DNA from: Candidatus Poribacteria bacterium
Lineage (GTDB): Bacteria; Poribacteria; WGA-4E; WGA-3G
Direction of reading: 5' to 3'
DNA length: 64,000 nucleotides
Assembly: GCA_965198235.1 (NCBI GenBank)
Contig: OZ240248.1
Location: forward strand, 768,001 to 832,000
Shown: piece by piece, positions 1 to 10,208 of the stretch
How the letters are laid out: each line of letters begins with the position of its first letter
How positions within the stretch are numbered: position 1 is the stretch's first letter
Position numbers and translations under genes: made by a program
Notes under the pieces: model-generated
The model's input: only the letters and a program-made list of their open reading frames with translations
What the model was told of the DNA's origin: nothing
The model's database searches: none

Positions 1-24
1 TCAGCAGGATTGAGGAATAGGGGA

Positions 25-49
25 ATCGCGACTGGGAGATCGCTCCTAC
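25..49 (-). repeat. GTAG-type REP-like palindrome (copy 1)
   Basis: The minus strand reads GTAGGAGCGATCTCCCAGTCGCGAT, a GTAG tetranucleotide followed by an imperfect hairpin. Near-identical copies lie at 926-948 and 967-991. Confidence 0.7.
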
Positions 50-63
50 AGAGGAGGTAAAAA

Positions 64-874
64 TCACTGGCGTTGTTTCAGGCTTGCCCATGTTGTAGCT
101 AACTTTCCTTTTGCCGCAACACTCAGGTGTTGATTCGGATGTTCCGACAGAAGTTTCACCATTTTTTCATCACCTAAATCCCGTGCCAAGTCAATCGGTG
201 ATTTGCCAGCTTTATTCCGCGGACGTATCCAGATATTTTCATGAGACAACAGCGCATCCACCACCTCTGTGTAACGATTCAAAACAGCGTAATGCAGTGC
301 TGTCGAACCGGTGTCGTCTCGAGCGTTAACATCAATGTTTCTGTCTTGCTCCAAGATCCAAACGGCAAACGTCTCGTGTCCCTGTCTGAGTTCAAAGATC
401 AGCGGAGACTTCGGAACACAACCTGCTGGAACTTTTTCAAACGTATAGTCAGGGAAAAAACAATCACCCGGGTCCAAGTCCTCATAGGTAACTTTGTAGA
501 GCCAGACGATGCCGTTTATATCGTCTTCACTAAGGTGGTGACCCGTGTAAATGAAAACGTTAAATGCCATGACGGCGGCCGGCTGTGTTCCTCTGGTCAA
601 ATTTAGTCCTCCCGTGGTGGGGACTGCTCCAGGAACTGGGTAGGTATCCCCCACCCCCATGGCGTGACCCCAACTCGTGTATGAGAGTTTTCGTGAACTG
701 CCGGCTATTTACATCTGTGCCTCGGTCTATTTCAACAAGGAGTGGAGATCGCGGGTTATCAAATACCAGTGCTCCAGATCTTCCTCCCGGTTTGCAGTGA
801 AAGATCAACCGTAGATCGAGGTGTCTCCATATGAGAAGTGTTATCGCACTGTTAGGTTTTATCAAATCTTTCAT
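64..874 (-). CDS. Zn-metalloprotease (HExxHxxGxxD) plus ankyrin-repeat protein with a KLATTWASLK tail; one frameshift
   Basis: ORF 560..874 ends ..LIHELG and ORF 64..660 starts MGVGDTY. Removing one base of the CCCC run at 668-671 gives LIHELGHAMGVGDTY. Ankyrin motifs are GSTALHYAV and GKSPIDLA. Confidence 0.75.
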
Positions 875-925
875 AGGGCGTTTCTCCTTATATTGTGCTG
901 TATTATACCTCCTTTTCCCCGTGGC

Positions 926-991
926 AGCGATCGAGAGGTCGCTCCTACAGGAAAAGAAGGAAAGAAATCGCGACCGGGAGGTCGCTCCTAC
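926..991 (-). repeat. Two tandem GTAG-type REP-like palindromes
   Basis: GTAGGAGCGACCTCCCGGTCGCGAT (967-991, minus) and GTAGGAGCGACCTCTCGATCGCT (926-948, minus). Confidence 0.7.
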
Positions 992-1015
992 AAAGAGAAG
1001 GAGGGAAATAACGCG

Positions 1016-1843
1016 CTATGTCTCCTTCGCCTGTCCCAACAACTCTGCCAACCGGTCGGCAAAACGGAGTTGGCTGTCGTCCTCTGGAGCATAACCTATG
1101 ACCTTCCGCGCATTGGCGATACTCCAGAATTTATGCGAATTGTCGCTGATGCCGTAGAAGATCTGGAACGGGATCCCGTTTTCGTCCTCTATGTTCTCTG
1201 TCTCAATGCTCTTGACAAAGAGTTGGACCTGATCCCGGATGCTCAAATACGCGCCGAGTCCGCGGTGCATTGCCTTCAAATCGTCCGCTGAAGAATTCGC
1301 CATATCCGTCTCCCGCGGTCCACCGATACGCAACTGGACGTTCTGTAATTTCTTACCGTCAACGTGTCCCGTCGCAAAGACAAAACCGAGGTGCTCATAC
1401 GCCTCTTTTGCCCACCCGTAGAAATTATCGGAGAGCGGACGCGTCTCCGGTGTCACCACATCCCACTTATCTGCCCAGATAAGACGCTCATAATAGTCGG
1501 CGGCGTGGTTGGAACTACAGACGACGACGCGCCGGACATCGGTCTCGATACAAGTCTGATAAAGATTGTATGCCATCTGGATGTTGGCAAGCTCATTCTC
1601 GAAACTACCACCCTTAAAAGCGCAGTGGATGACTGCATCAACGCCTTCAAAATGGTGTCGGTATGCGTCTCGATTGGGGTCGGTCAGTTCGGCAATCTGA
1701 ACGTTTTCGACCGCTTCCCCCTGACGATTCGTGGTTTTCACGTCTAAGAGTACGAGGTCGTAGCGTTGGCGAAATTCTGGAAGCATCCGTCCGGCGATAT
1801 AGCCAGAGGCTCCGGTGATAAGGACTTTTCTGCGGTTCGGCAT
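1016..1843 (-). CDS. NAD-dependent epimerase/dehydratase (uronate-dehydrogenase-like extended SDR)
   Basis: Rossmann motif LITGASGYIA, SSNHA and YGWAK (YxxxK). Confidence 0.85.
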   Translation of the reverse strand: MPNRRKVLITGASGYIAGRMLPEFRQRYDLVLLDVKTTNRQGEAVENVQIAELTDPNRDAYRHHFEGVDAVIHCAFKGGSFENELANIQMAYNLYQTCIETDVRRVVVCSSNHAADYYERLIWADKWDVVTPETRPLSDNFYGWAKEAYEHLGFVFATGHVDGKKLQNVQLRIGGPRETDMANSSADDLKAMHRGLGAYLSIRDQVQLFVKSIETENIEDENGIPFQIFYGISDNSHKFWSIANARKVIGYAPEDDSQLRFADRLAELLGQAKET

Positions 1844-1934
1844 TTGTTTGGCGTTTCCTTTTGTTGGGATATAATGAGATGCTCAGGGAGTTAAACTGTG
1901 CGCTGCAATTTTTTGTTCTATTTCTTGTATTAGC

Positions 1935-2375
1935 CTATTCATAAGAGGGTGAAAAGGAGTCATCAGCAAACCATTCAATGATTGTATCTAATAGTTGTCT
2001 ATGCTCATCTGCTTCCTGAGGATCCATCAAATTTTCTAAACTTGGATCAGCACCCGCATACAAATCGTTCTCAATGCTATATCCTTGTGTCCAAATAATA
2101 TCCTCATACCCAACAGGAAGTTGTGTAAACAATTCCTTATCCCGATCGGCGATAAAAGCAACAGGTAAATGGTCAAATTCGCTTCTTCTGTCATAAACAG
2201 CCAATACATTACTTCTCATACCTGCCGCAAGAACATCTATTTCGTGAACCTCAAGAAGATCTTCCATCCACCGAAATATTTGCATATCATCTTTACCTTC
2301 CACAACAACCGTTGGTAGTTTCGATCTACGAAGAGTAGAAACCAATTCGTCCACCGTAGGGTGTCGCTGTAACAT
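1935..2375 (-). pseudogene. DUF4435/TOPRIM protein (PARIS AriB-like), apparently 3'-truncated
   Basis: Motifs VVVEGKDD, IADRD and YSIEND. It is only 146 aa and ends abruptly. Its start overlaps the ATPase stop (TAATG). Confidence 0.65.
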
Positions 2376-3541
2376 TAACCTTCTCCGCGATTTTCGTCTA
2401 ACAGAAATTCTTTGTCCGGGTATTTAGTATAGATAAAAGGTGAATGTGTAGCTACGAAAAATTGATTATTTTGTCCTTGCTCCATCAATGTCGGAAATAA
2501 ACGTCTTTGCCAATCAACGTGTAGGCTTAACTCTGGTTCATCGATGAAAACAGCTGTGTCTTTGCTAAACGCGTTGTAGCATAAAAAACTGAGCATCTGC
2601 TTCTCGCCGGCAGAGAGTTTGTCAGAGGAAATAGCATCTTTTGCTTCCCCAACTGTAATTCCATCGCTTCCTTCTCCCAAAGTAATGCCGTCGGCAGTTT
2701 CCCCTCGAACACCCCTTCCAGTAACACGAATCGCGTCATACCGTAGAATCTTCCGAGATAACTCAGACAACACAGAGAACGGCTTACTCAACTGTTCCCG
2801 TTCCTCATTAACCTTTTGAATAGCATTCAAAACAGCCGAAGGATCTTGAGGAATCTCAGAAACTTTGTCCGTATCTGGATTGTTTTGTATCTCTCTTGAA
2901 ATATCTTCTAATACCTGCGACTGGCGTGTGCTGATTTCTTCATAAATATCAGCGTATTTCTGTGTGAGCAGTTCACCGAGATCCTCTGTTGAGATTGAAG
3001 CGATGAACTTGTGCCCATTGATTGACACCTCATCGGAAAATCTCAACATTGAAACTTGCAGCATTTCCGGTACTGACAAAACTCTTACATCTGAAACCTC
3101 TGCATCCGGAGTTCTGGAAAAGCCGCCCTCAATTCTTCTAAAGGTTGGGAAGAATAGACTCCGCTTGGTCGTTCGCGCGATCCGCTTTTCAAGCACATTT
3201 ACCATATCCACATCCTTCCTACTTATCCTTCCGGTTTCTGCATCTATGATAATAAATTCGTATCCCCCTTCTTCTTCACCAAAACTGTAATCAAAGGTAA
3301 CTTGGTTGGGTTCAACACGTTCCATGCTGAAAGTGAACAGATCAGTCTGAATTAAAATGGAATGAAACGGGATTTCAGCAAGGATTTGCTCAAGGTGTCC
3401 ACTAATGAGATACCACAGCAACTTAAGGAGTGTTGTCTTACCTGAGCCGTTCGCACCAGTAATAATATTCAGGTCTGAATGGAATTCCAGACCAGCGTCA
3501 ATCCGATTGTTTAACCCCTTTACTATAAGTCTTCGTATCAT
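2375..3541 (-). CDS. AAA_15/AAA_21 ABC-type ATPase (PARIS AriA-like)
   Basis: Walker A GANGSGKT, signature LSAGEKQ, Walker B IDEPELSLH and H-loop ATHSP. No TM segments. Coupled to the DUF4435 gene. Confidence 0.85.
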   Translation of the reverse strand: MIRRLIVKGLNNRIDAGLEFHSDLNIITGANGSGKTTLLKLLWYLISGHLEQILAEIPFHSILIQTDLFTFSMERVEPNQVTFDYSFGEEEGGYEFIIIDAETGRISRKDVDMVNVLEKRIARTTKRSLFFPTFRRIEGGFSRTPDAEVSDVRVLSVPEMLQVSMLRFSDEVSINGHKFIASISTEDLGELLTQKYADIYEEISTRQSQVLEDISREIQNNPDTDKVSEIPQDPSAVLNAIQKVNEEREQLSKPFSVLSELSRKILRYDAIRVTGRGVRGETADGITLGEGSDGITVGEAKDAISSDKLSAGEKQMLSFLCYNAFSKDTAVFIDEPELSLHVDWQRRLFPTLMEQGQNNQFFVATHSPFIYTKYPDKEFLLDENRGEG

Positions 3542-3555
3542 GAGTTCATGTCCTC

Positions 3556-5235
3556 TTATTGAATCTCCAGTTTTTCTTTACAGTGCCGAGCGAGGATTTT
3601 CATTTCTGCGATGACTTGTGCCTCGGTTTGCATCAACTGGCTAAAGATGGGCGGGACAAGTCGCCTGCTGAAAATTCTTTCAAAGAAACCTTGTTGGACC
3701 TGGAGTGGCATCCCGAAACGTGAAGTTCCAACACGGTCAGGTTCCATCCCTAAGTATTCAATTGAGAGATAATGCGCAACCTCATCTTGGGTAACGTTGC
3801 CTTCATGGATGCTGCCGGTATTCCTCCGCCCGTAACTTACGAGATAAACCCTGCCACTCATTCGGCTGAGGATGGTATAACCCCCCACATCAACTGCTTC
3901 ATTCCAACACTTTTCAAATCCGTTTTTAGGAAGGCGTTCGCGAAGTTCTTGGGCGGAGCGGACCACGAATTTGTTCTGATGAGGCGTTTTGATGATAAGA
4001 AACTCTTCATCCTGGTCCTCTAATGGAGGTTGTCCTGTGAACAAATCAACAGAATCTAAAGTCCAGACGATACCATCTCGGAGGCCCTTCGCCATGTTAT
4101 GATGCCTCTCAACAAATTCTCCATTCAGTGGATGCAGACGATAAGCCCCACTATTGTTAAACACACTCCGCAATTTTCGACGATGTTCTATGACAGAAAA
4201 CCGCTTTTTAGTGACTGGTATTTCTAACTGGAGCGTATATCCAGTATGCAAATCGGTTGTGAGGTTCAGCTGGGATTGGCGAAGTTCAGCTAAGCGGGTC
4301 AAAGCCGTCTGGCTTTTCGACAAAATCCTTCCAATTAGATACTCGCGGCGGAGCCCAGGGATCTCCATAGCAAGTCGCTCAAGCGTTGGGGCATCCAGCT
4401 CCTCTAACATAACCTTGTGTTCCCATCGGGTGCCGCGTTCATGCACTAAAATTTGGAATTGCTGCGCATCGCCGGCAGTTCGGATATACCCGAGTGCCGT
4501 CCATGGGTCGAATGTCGCACGGTAGTTCCCGCTGGTTTCCGCATCTCCATTCGCCAACACGCAATCTCGTCGTTCATACCGAGAATAAAGCCCAAATTGA
4601 AATTCAAAATCTTTGTAGGGCACTAAGGCTTCGCGCAAATCACGGGCAAACTCTTTTCCTTGTGCGAAACGTTTGAAAATTTGCTCGGTGCGTTTCGGTT
4701 GATTGAGCGCATCAAGGAACGTTCCAATCTGAAGCCCACCTTCTTCTACACCTTCATCTTCATTTTTTCCAAAAACCTTGGTTTTGGTTTTAAAAGGAGG
4801 GTTCCGGAGGGACACGTCGCGTTGTGAGACGAGATGCAACGCCGCATCATCCGTTACATCCTTGAGTGCAGGCGCGTCTCCGAGGATTTCTGCGAGTTTG
4901 ACATCATCAATCTTTTCCGTCAAGTCAATGCCGCGTTTTAATTCAGCGAAATGGATGATGTCATCAAGACGATACTGCAGTGGTGCGCTCGAAGAGAGGT
5001 TATCGTAGTTAGAGCGATGGAAGCGGATGCGCGGCTTGATACGAAAGACCGGGGTGAGCCCGTAATCCTTCAGCAACACATACAGCGTGACGGTATAGGA
5101 GTCGGCGTGAACCTTCTGTGCCAAGATTCCGTCCGGCTTTGTGTCTTGTTCCACGATTAACCGCTCTTGAACGAGCTGGCTATCGTTGCCGAAAATTATC
5201 ATCCGATGTTCTTCTCTGTTATCATCAACTAACAT
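3556..5235 (-). CDS. Hypothetical soluble protein (559 aa)
   Basis: Long ORF with a GGAGGG RBS upstream. No motif recognised. Confidence 0.75.
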   Translation of the reverse strand: MLVDDNREEHRMIIFGNDSQLVQERLIVEQDTKPDGILAQKVHADSYTVTLYVLLKDYGLTPVFRIKPRIRFHRSNYDNLSSSAPLQYRLDDIIHFAELKRGIDLTEKIDDVKLAEILGDAPALKDVTDDAALHLVSQRDVSLRNPPFKTKTKVFGKNEDEGVEEGGLQIGTFLDALNQPKRTEQIFKRFAQGKEFARDLREALVPYKDFEFQFGLYSRYERRDCVLANGDAETSGNYRATFDPWTALGYIRTAGDAQQFQILVHERGTRWEHKVMLEELDAPTLERLAMEIPGLRREYLIGRILSKSQTALTRLAELRQSQLNLTTDLHTGYTLQLEIPVTKKRFSVIEHRRKLRSVFNNSGAYRLHPLNGEFVERHHNMAKGLRDGIVWTLDSVDLFTGQPPLEDQDEEFLIIKTPHQNKFVVRSAQELRERLPKNGFEKCWNEAVDVGGYTILSRMSGRVYLVSYGRRNTGSIHEGNVTQDEVAHYLSIEYLGMEPDRVGTSRFGMPLQVQQGFFERIFSRRLVPPIFSQLMQTEAQVIAEMKILARHCKEKLEIQ

Positions 5236-5286
5236 GGATCTACCCTCCCTGGACCTATAAAACGATACCGTCGGGTCTCGGTTTCG

Positions 5287-6261
5287 CTACGCCGCTTCGG
5301 ATCGCTGTCGTGCCAAGGCAGCTGCGCCAAGGATACCGGCATTGTCCCCCAGTTCTGCCGGCACAATCTGAACCCCACTCAGCGTATTGGGCAGCGCGTA
5401 TTTTCCCGCAGCGGCACGGATATCATCCAAGAACGTATCGTCCAGTGCCTCAACGACACCGCCACCTAGTACAATCATCTCCGGATTCAAGAAATTCACG
5501 ATGGAACCAATGCCGATTCCAAGATATTTTGTTACTTTTTTGAAAACTTTGAGGGTCAACTTATCGTTTAATCGAATCGCCTTCGCCAAAACCCCACTCC
5601 GAATCGCACCAAGGTCGCCGTCGGTGAGTTCGGAAATCACACTCTTTTTTCCCTTTTTTAGAATAGCCTTTTGGAATTGCTTTGTCATCGCTGTGCGGCT
5701 GGCGATTGCTTCCAAACATCCACGCGTACCACAGCCACAGCGCGGACCCCCTGCTTTGACGATGATATGCCCGATTTCACCAGCCGTTTTACTCGCACCG
5801 TGGAACAACTCACCCTGTAGAATAATCCCACCGCCAATACCTGTGCCTACAAAAATCCCGACGACGTTCTGAACACCTCTTCCCGCACCGAACACGTGTT
5901 CACCGAGCGTTCCGACGTTCACATCATTGTCAACAAAGGTTGGAATGCCAGTGCGTGTTTCCAACTCTGTCTTCAGCGGAACGTCCCTCCATCCGAGATT
6001 TGGTGCGAAAATGACAACGCCTGTTGCAGGGTCAAGCGGTCCCGGAGCACCAATGCCGATCGCTTGAATTGAATCAGAGGCAACCCCTGATTTGTCAATC
6101 GCTTTTTGGACGCAGCCTGCGATCCGATCAATCACTTCGGATGCCCCTTTGTCCGCCTTCGTTGGGACTTTGGCCGTGCCTAAGATATTACCCTCTGCAT
6201 CAATGACAGCGGACAGAATCTTGGTGCCGCCCATATCCACACCGATAACATTAGCACTCAT
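5287..6261 (-). CDS. ROK family sugar kinase (glucokinase-like)
   Basis: Motifs IGVDMGGTK, DNDVN, GTGIGGG, GEIGH and CGCGTRGCLE. Start taken at MSANVIG (6261). Confidence 0.92.
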   Translation of the reverse strand: MSANVIGVDMGGTKILSAVIDAEGNILGTAKVPTKADKGASEVIDRIAGCVQKAIDKSGVASDSIQAIGIGAPGPLDPATGVVIFAPNLGWRDVPLKTELETRTGIPTFVDNDVNVGTLGEHVFGAGRGVQNVVGIFVGTGIGGGIILQGELFHGASKTAGEIGHIIVKAGGPRCGCGTRGCLEAIASRTAMTKQFQKAILKKGKKSVISELTDGDLGAIRSGVLAKAIRLNDKLTLKVFKKVTKYLGIGIGSIVNFLNPEMIVLGGGVVEALDDTFLDDIRAAAGKYALPNTLSGVQIVPAELGDNAGILGAAALARQRSEAA

Positions 6262-6311
6262 AAAAAATCTCCTGTATACACATTTCGTACGTGCGACCAT
6301 CCCATAATTGG

Positions 6312-6833
6312 TTATGATACTAAAAATGATAACAATTTTTGTTTGAAACCTGCGGCGGAGAGTTGGTCCCACTTTTCCAAAAACGTTTCATAATCCGCTT
6401 TGCGGGTTTCCTCCGTCCGAGCAATGACCGTAGCAACACCCGGAGGGACATCAATCTGTCCTCCTTGACTTTCCGATTGAGATGCATAATCGGCTAAAAC
6501 TTTCAAGACGACATCAGCGTCATGAATATCGCCGAGTATTTCTTGTAAATCAACGATCACCGCGAGAAATTCAGCAAAATGTTTGTCGTCAGTTAGCGAA
6601 GCCTTTTTAGAACGTGTTTTCGGCAATCTATAAGCCACGCGAAAAAGTTCCATCGTATACCGGAGGCGTTTAATGGAAATTCGCATATTGTGGAGTTCTT
6701 CGCGCCTCGTCTCATCCCGAATGAACGGCTCCCACGTGTAAACCTCTTGAAGTCTTTGTGGGAGAATGATACGGGCATTCTCGTGATAACTACGCAGCGG
6801 TGCAACGTCGATGACTTTGTGTGCCTTTGCCAT
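6312..6833 (-). CDS. CHAD-domain protein, C-lobe-like half
   Basis: Motifs LHNMRISIKRLRYTME and LQEILGDIHDADV. Confidence 0.85.
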   Translation of the reverse strand: MAKAHKVIDVAPLRSYHENARIILPQRLQEVYTWEPFIRDETRREELHNMRISIKRLRYTMELFRVAYRLPKTRSKKASLTDDKHFAEFLAVIVDLQEILGDIHDADVVLKVLADYASQSESQGGQIDVPPGVATVIARTEETRKADYETFLEKWDQLSAAGFKQKLLSFLVS

Positions 6834-6911
6834 TTTTTAATTATACCTTGCGGTTCGGTGAAGTGGGTGTTTTTGCTTGGGTGTTTCCCCAGAGACCTTG
6901 AAGTTCCTCTC

Positions 6912-7052
6912 CGCATACCCGCTCTCCATTACATTACGAGCTACGCGCTTTGGTTTACTTTTTTCCACCAAATCCTTCAAACATAGTTGAGACTTAACCA
7001 GATACCTACACGTAATGAAATGGAGCGCAGCCCAGGAGTACATACTTAAAAA
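6912..7052. repeat. Palindromic intergenic element (MITE/REP-like family)
   Basis: Inverted arms CTCCATTACATTACG ... CGTAATGAAATGGAG...GCCCAGGAG. Confidence 0.65.
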
Positions 7053-7522
7053 TCCGCTCCTCCAAAGAATTCCAAAAACTCGGTCTCAAAACCGGTTTCT
7101 TTCAGTTCCTCAAAGAGCATCAGCATCGGTTCTCGTGCTTCCTTCCGTTCCCGCTGTAGGTGCTCAATCAACCCTCGGAGGTCTGCTCGCTCCACTGCAG
7201 TCAGATTAGTTAATTCATTCTGAAAACGAACGATTAGGACATCCAGATCCCGCACGGCTCCCATCGTTCGGGTTATCGCTTTTATCTTTTTGTAGTGTTT
7301 TTTGAACGGCTTCTTTGGAAAGCAGTCAGCGAAATTGTCCATTGCGGCGCGCAAGCGACGCGAAGCAACGCGCATATCATGGACAAACTCAATATCGATC
7401 CCGTCTTTGGCTCCCTCTTTGTAGGATATCATTTCGTGAAAATAGTTCACGATTATCTGCCGAGCACAGGTTTCCAACGTTTCGTCAGGTGAGATTCCCT
7501 TGATTTCCGGTTCTGTAGCCAT
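7046..7522 (-). CDS. CHAD-domain protein, N-lobe-like half
   Basis: Motifs VHDMRVASRRLRAAM and MGAVRDLDV. Confidence 0.85.
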   Translation of the reverse strand: MATEPEIKGISPDETLETCARQIIVNYFHEMISYKEGAKDGIDIEFVHDMRVASRRLRAAMDNFADCFPKKPFKKHYKKIKAITRTMGAVRDLDVLIVRFQNELTNLTAVERADLRGLIEHLQRERKEAREPMLMLFEELKETGFETEFLEFFGGADF

Positions 7523-7535
7523 TGTCCTATTCCAA

Positions 7536-7600
7536 TTTTTTTAACTATGGACTCTGATCATCGTTCCACTTCGTTTCACGATGGTTTTTGCTGAATCTAT
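7536..7600 (-). repeat. Single arm of the palindromic element family
   Basis: The minus strand reads AAAACCATCGTGAAACGAAGTGGAACGATGATCAGAGTCCATAGTTAAAAAA. The core matches 62703-62731. Confidence 0.75.
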
Positions 7601-7976
7601 CAGGCTTAAGTGCCTGTTCGGTTCTCCAATTGGGAGAAAACCCGTCAGAGAGAATTCTCGTTACATCATCTGCAGGCATCGTGTGCAAGATGCTTGCAAC
7701 AACAGATGGATCCGTTTCTTCAACGAACTCGCTAATATCGGCACTATTTAGGTCCCGTAGAACCTCCCCCATCCGCTTTTCCTCAATCAAAACCTTGAAG
7801 AGGCTCGCCTTCGCTTCCGTACGGAGGTGCGGAAACCAGTGAGCGATGTCAGCTGAGTGGGTTTTGGCGATAATATTCCGGAGGTTCGGGAAGGCGCGCC
7901 GCTGGATCAGTCGAATCACCGTAGAAATAAACAGTTCATCGACATCGTGTGTGGTTATGATTGTTTGGCCCTGCAT
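7545..7976 (-). pseudogene. mgtE: Magnesium transporter MgtE N-terminal fragment
   Basis: MgtE_N-like motifs HSADIAHWF and ILHTMPADDVTRIL. CBS and TM domains are absent, and the ORF runs into a repeat arm. Confidence 0.65.
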
Positions 7977-9061
7977 CAGAATTTTGCGCGCTGGCGGAGT
8001 AGATGATCCGTGAGGACGAGTGCTGCCATCGCTTCGACAATAGCGGGTGCTCGCACTAAAACACAGGGATCGTGTCGTCCGCTTGCCTCTAACGTCACCT
8101 CATTCCCCTGCATATCAACAGTTTGTTGCGGTTTACCAATTGTCGCCGTCGGCTTGAAAGCGACTTGGAACAGAATATTTTCGCCGTTTGAAATACCGCC
8201 CTGTGTGCCGCCGGAATTATTTGTACGCGTCCGAATGCGCTCCGTCTCGTCTTCCTTTTCGAGATAAAACGGATCGTTATGTTCAGATCCCGTCATTGTA
8301 ATACCCCCAAAGCCGGAACCGATTTGGAAACCCATCGTTGCGGGGAGAGACATCATCGCTTTCGCCAAATCCGCCTTGAGTTTGTCGAATACAGGTTCCC
8401 CGAGTCCTACCGGGACATTACGAGCAACCGATTCAATTACACCACCGAGAGAGTCAAGGTCACGCCGCGCCTGATCGATGCGTTCCACCATCTTCGGACC
8501 AACAATAGGATCAGGACACCGGACAGGACTCGCTTCTATCTCTTCAAGCGTCACCGTGTCTGCATCCACTTCGGCTTTCAATGTATGAATCTGTTTGACA
8601 TAAGCAAGTGTTTCGGTGCCGGACACCTCACGCAAAACTTGCTTGGCGATTGCCCCTGCCGCGACGCGTCCGATGGTTTCCCGTGCGCTCGCTCTACCGC
8701 CGCCCTGCCAGTTTCGGATACCGTATTTCTGTTGGTACGTAAAATCGGCGTGTGAAGGTCTGTAAAGGTCTTTCAGGTGTTCGTAGGCTGAGGGACGCGC
8801 ATCTTGATTCCATACCAGCATAGAGATAGGCGTTCCAAGTGTTTTGCCCTCAAAGATACCGGAAAGTATTTCAACGACATCCCCCTCTTGACGCGATGTT
8901 GTGAGACGACTTTGACCCGGCTTCCGCCGATCAAGTTCAAATTGTATTTCGGATATATCCAAGTCGATTTGCGGTGGACAACCGTCAACCACAACACCGA
9001 CAGCTCCACCGTGCGATTCGCCCCAGGTCGTAATCCGAAAAAGATGACCGAACGTATTCAT
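7976..9061 (-). CDS. aroC: Chorismate synthase
   Basis: Motifs [32 protein letters not shown] and GRHDPCV. Confidence 0.97.
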   Translation of the reverse strand: MNTFGHLFRITTWGESHGGAVGVVVDGCPPQIDLDISEIQFELDRRKPGQSRLTTSRQEGDVVEILSGIFEGKTLGTPISMLVWNQDARPSAYEHLKDLYRPSHADFTYQQKYGIRNWQGGGRASARETIGRVAAGAIAKQVLREVSGTETLAYVKQIHTLKAEVDADTVTLEEIEASPVRCPDPIVGPKMVERIDQARRDLDSLGGVIESVARNVPVGLGEPVFDKLKADLAKAMMSLPATMGFQIGSGFGGITMTGSEHNDPFYLEKEDETERIRTRTNNSGGTQGGISNGENILFQVAFKPTATIGKPQQTVDMQGNEVTLEASGRHDPCVLVRAPAIVEAMAALVLTDHLLRQRAKF

Positions 9062-9180
9062 TTGGTTCCATAGGCGCGCTTTGGAAGCGTGCACCTTACT
9101 TTTAGAATTGTATATTTTGAAGATCTTGTGATATACTATAACAGATTCTATCGTAAAAAGCAAGCAATTTAAAGGACTTT

Positions 9181-9897
9181 ATGCTGTTAATTTTTAAACG
9201 CTATATCGCGTTGCTCCTGATTTTCATAGGCATTGGGTTTTTATGGAATACACTGTTTGTGTATCCCCTCAAAATCTTTGTCGTCTTTATGCATGAGGTG
9301 AGCCACGGGCTCGCGGCAATCGCAACTGGCGGTCGTATTGTAGAGATTCAGATTAACCCGCAGCAGGGAGGGCACGCACTGACACAAGGCGGCTCTCGGT
9401 TTTTGACGTTGACTGCGGGTTATCTTGGGAGTCTGCTGTGGGGTGGACTCATCCTGCTCCTAGCTGCGAGAACCCACTTCGACAAAGCAATTAGCGTCCT
9501 TATCGGCATCGGCATGGTGGCTATCTCCATCGGCTTCGGCGAGAGTACATTTACTTATCTGTTCGGCATCGGCTTTGGCGTTGCCCTGGTCGCCATTGGT
9601 TTCTATCTCCCAGAGGCAGTCAACGATTGGATTCTCCGTATTATCGGTGTGACGAGTTGTCTCTACGCGATTCTTGACATTAAAAGCGATATCTTGGACA
9701 GATCCAATCTCCGTTCGGATGCACGAATGCTCTCGGAGGTAACAGGTATCGCGACTGAGATTTGGGGTATTCTGTGGATTCTCATTGCAATTGGACTCAC
9801 TCTATGGTTTCTCTATCTTTCAGGCAAGACCTCGGCTGTCCAGCAAACATCTACCGAGGAAAATACCGAGGAAGACTCTAATTTACTCGAACATTAA
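9181..9897 (+). CDS. M50B-like intramembrane metallopeptidase
   Basis: HEVSHG in a hydrophobic context, AGYLG and SDARML. Multiple TM helices. Confidence 0.85.
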   Translation: MLLIFKRYIALLLIFIGIGFLWNTLFVYPLKIFVVFMHEVSHGLAAIATGGRIVEIQINPQQGGHALTQGGSRFLTLTAGYLGSLLWGGLILLLAARTHFDKAISVLIGIGMVAISIGFGESTFTYLFGIGFGVALVAIGFYLPEAVNDWILRIIGVTSCLYAILDIKSDILDRSNLRSDARMLSEVTGIATEIWGILWILIAIGLTLWFLYLSGKTSAVQQTSTEENTEEDSNLLEH

Positions 9898-9931
9898 TAG
9901 TCGGCACGCACGTCCGTTCAGGAAGTTCCTA

Positions 9932-10153
9932 TTAATTAAACGGGCTAAAACGCGCCGACGACATGTTACTGAAGAAAAGAAACCATACACCGAGACCTAA
10001 CAGAAAAAGTGGAATGCAGATCAGCACTATGAGAATGAAAAATCCCCATATCCACGACTTTTTGGATTTGGCAACCGTCGCCAGCCGTGCGAGCAACACA
10101 CCACCACATATCATAATTATAACAACGAAAGCGAATACCGCCATCATCACCAT
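9932..10153 (-). CDS. Small two-TM membrane protein
   Basis: Two hydrophobic stretches and a GGAGGAG RBS upstream of the ATG. Confidence 0.55.
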   Translation of the reverse strand: MVMMAVFAFVVIIMICGGVLLARLATVAKSKKSWIWGFFILIVLICIPLFLLGLGVWFLFFSNMSSARFSPFN

Positions 10154-10208
10154 TTTTTGCTATCTCCTCCCATCAGCCAGACCGTAGCAATGCACATTAT
10201 CAAGAAAT

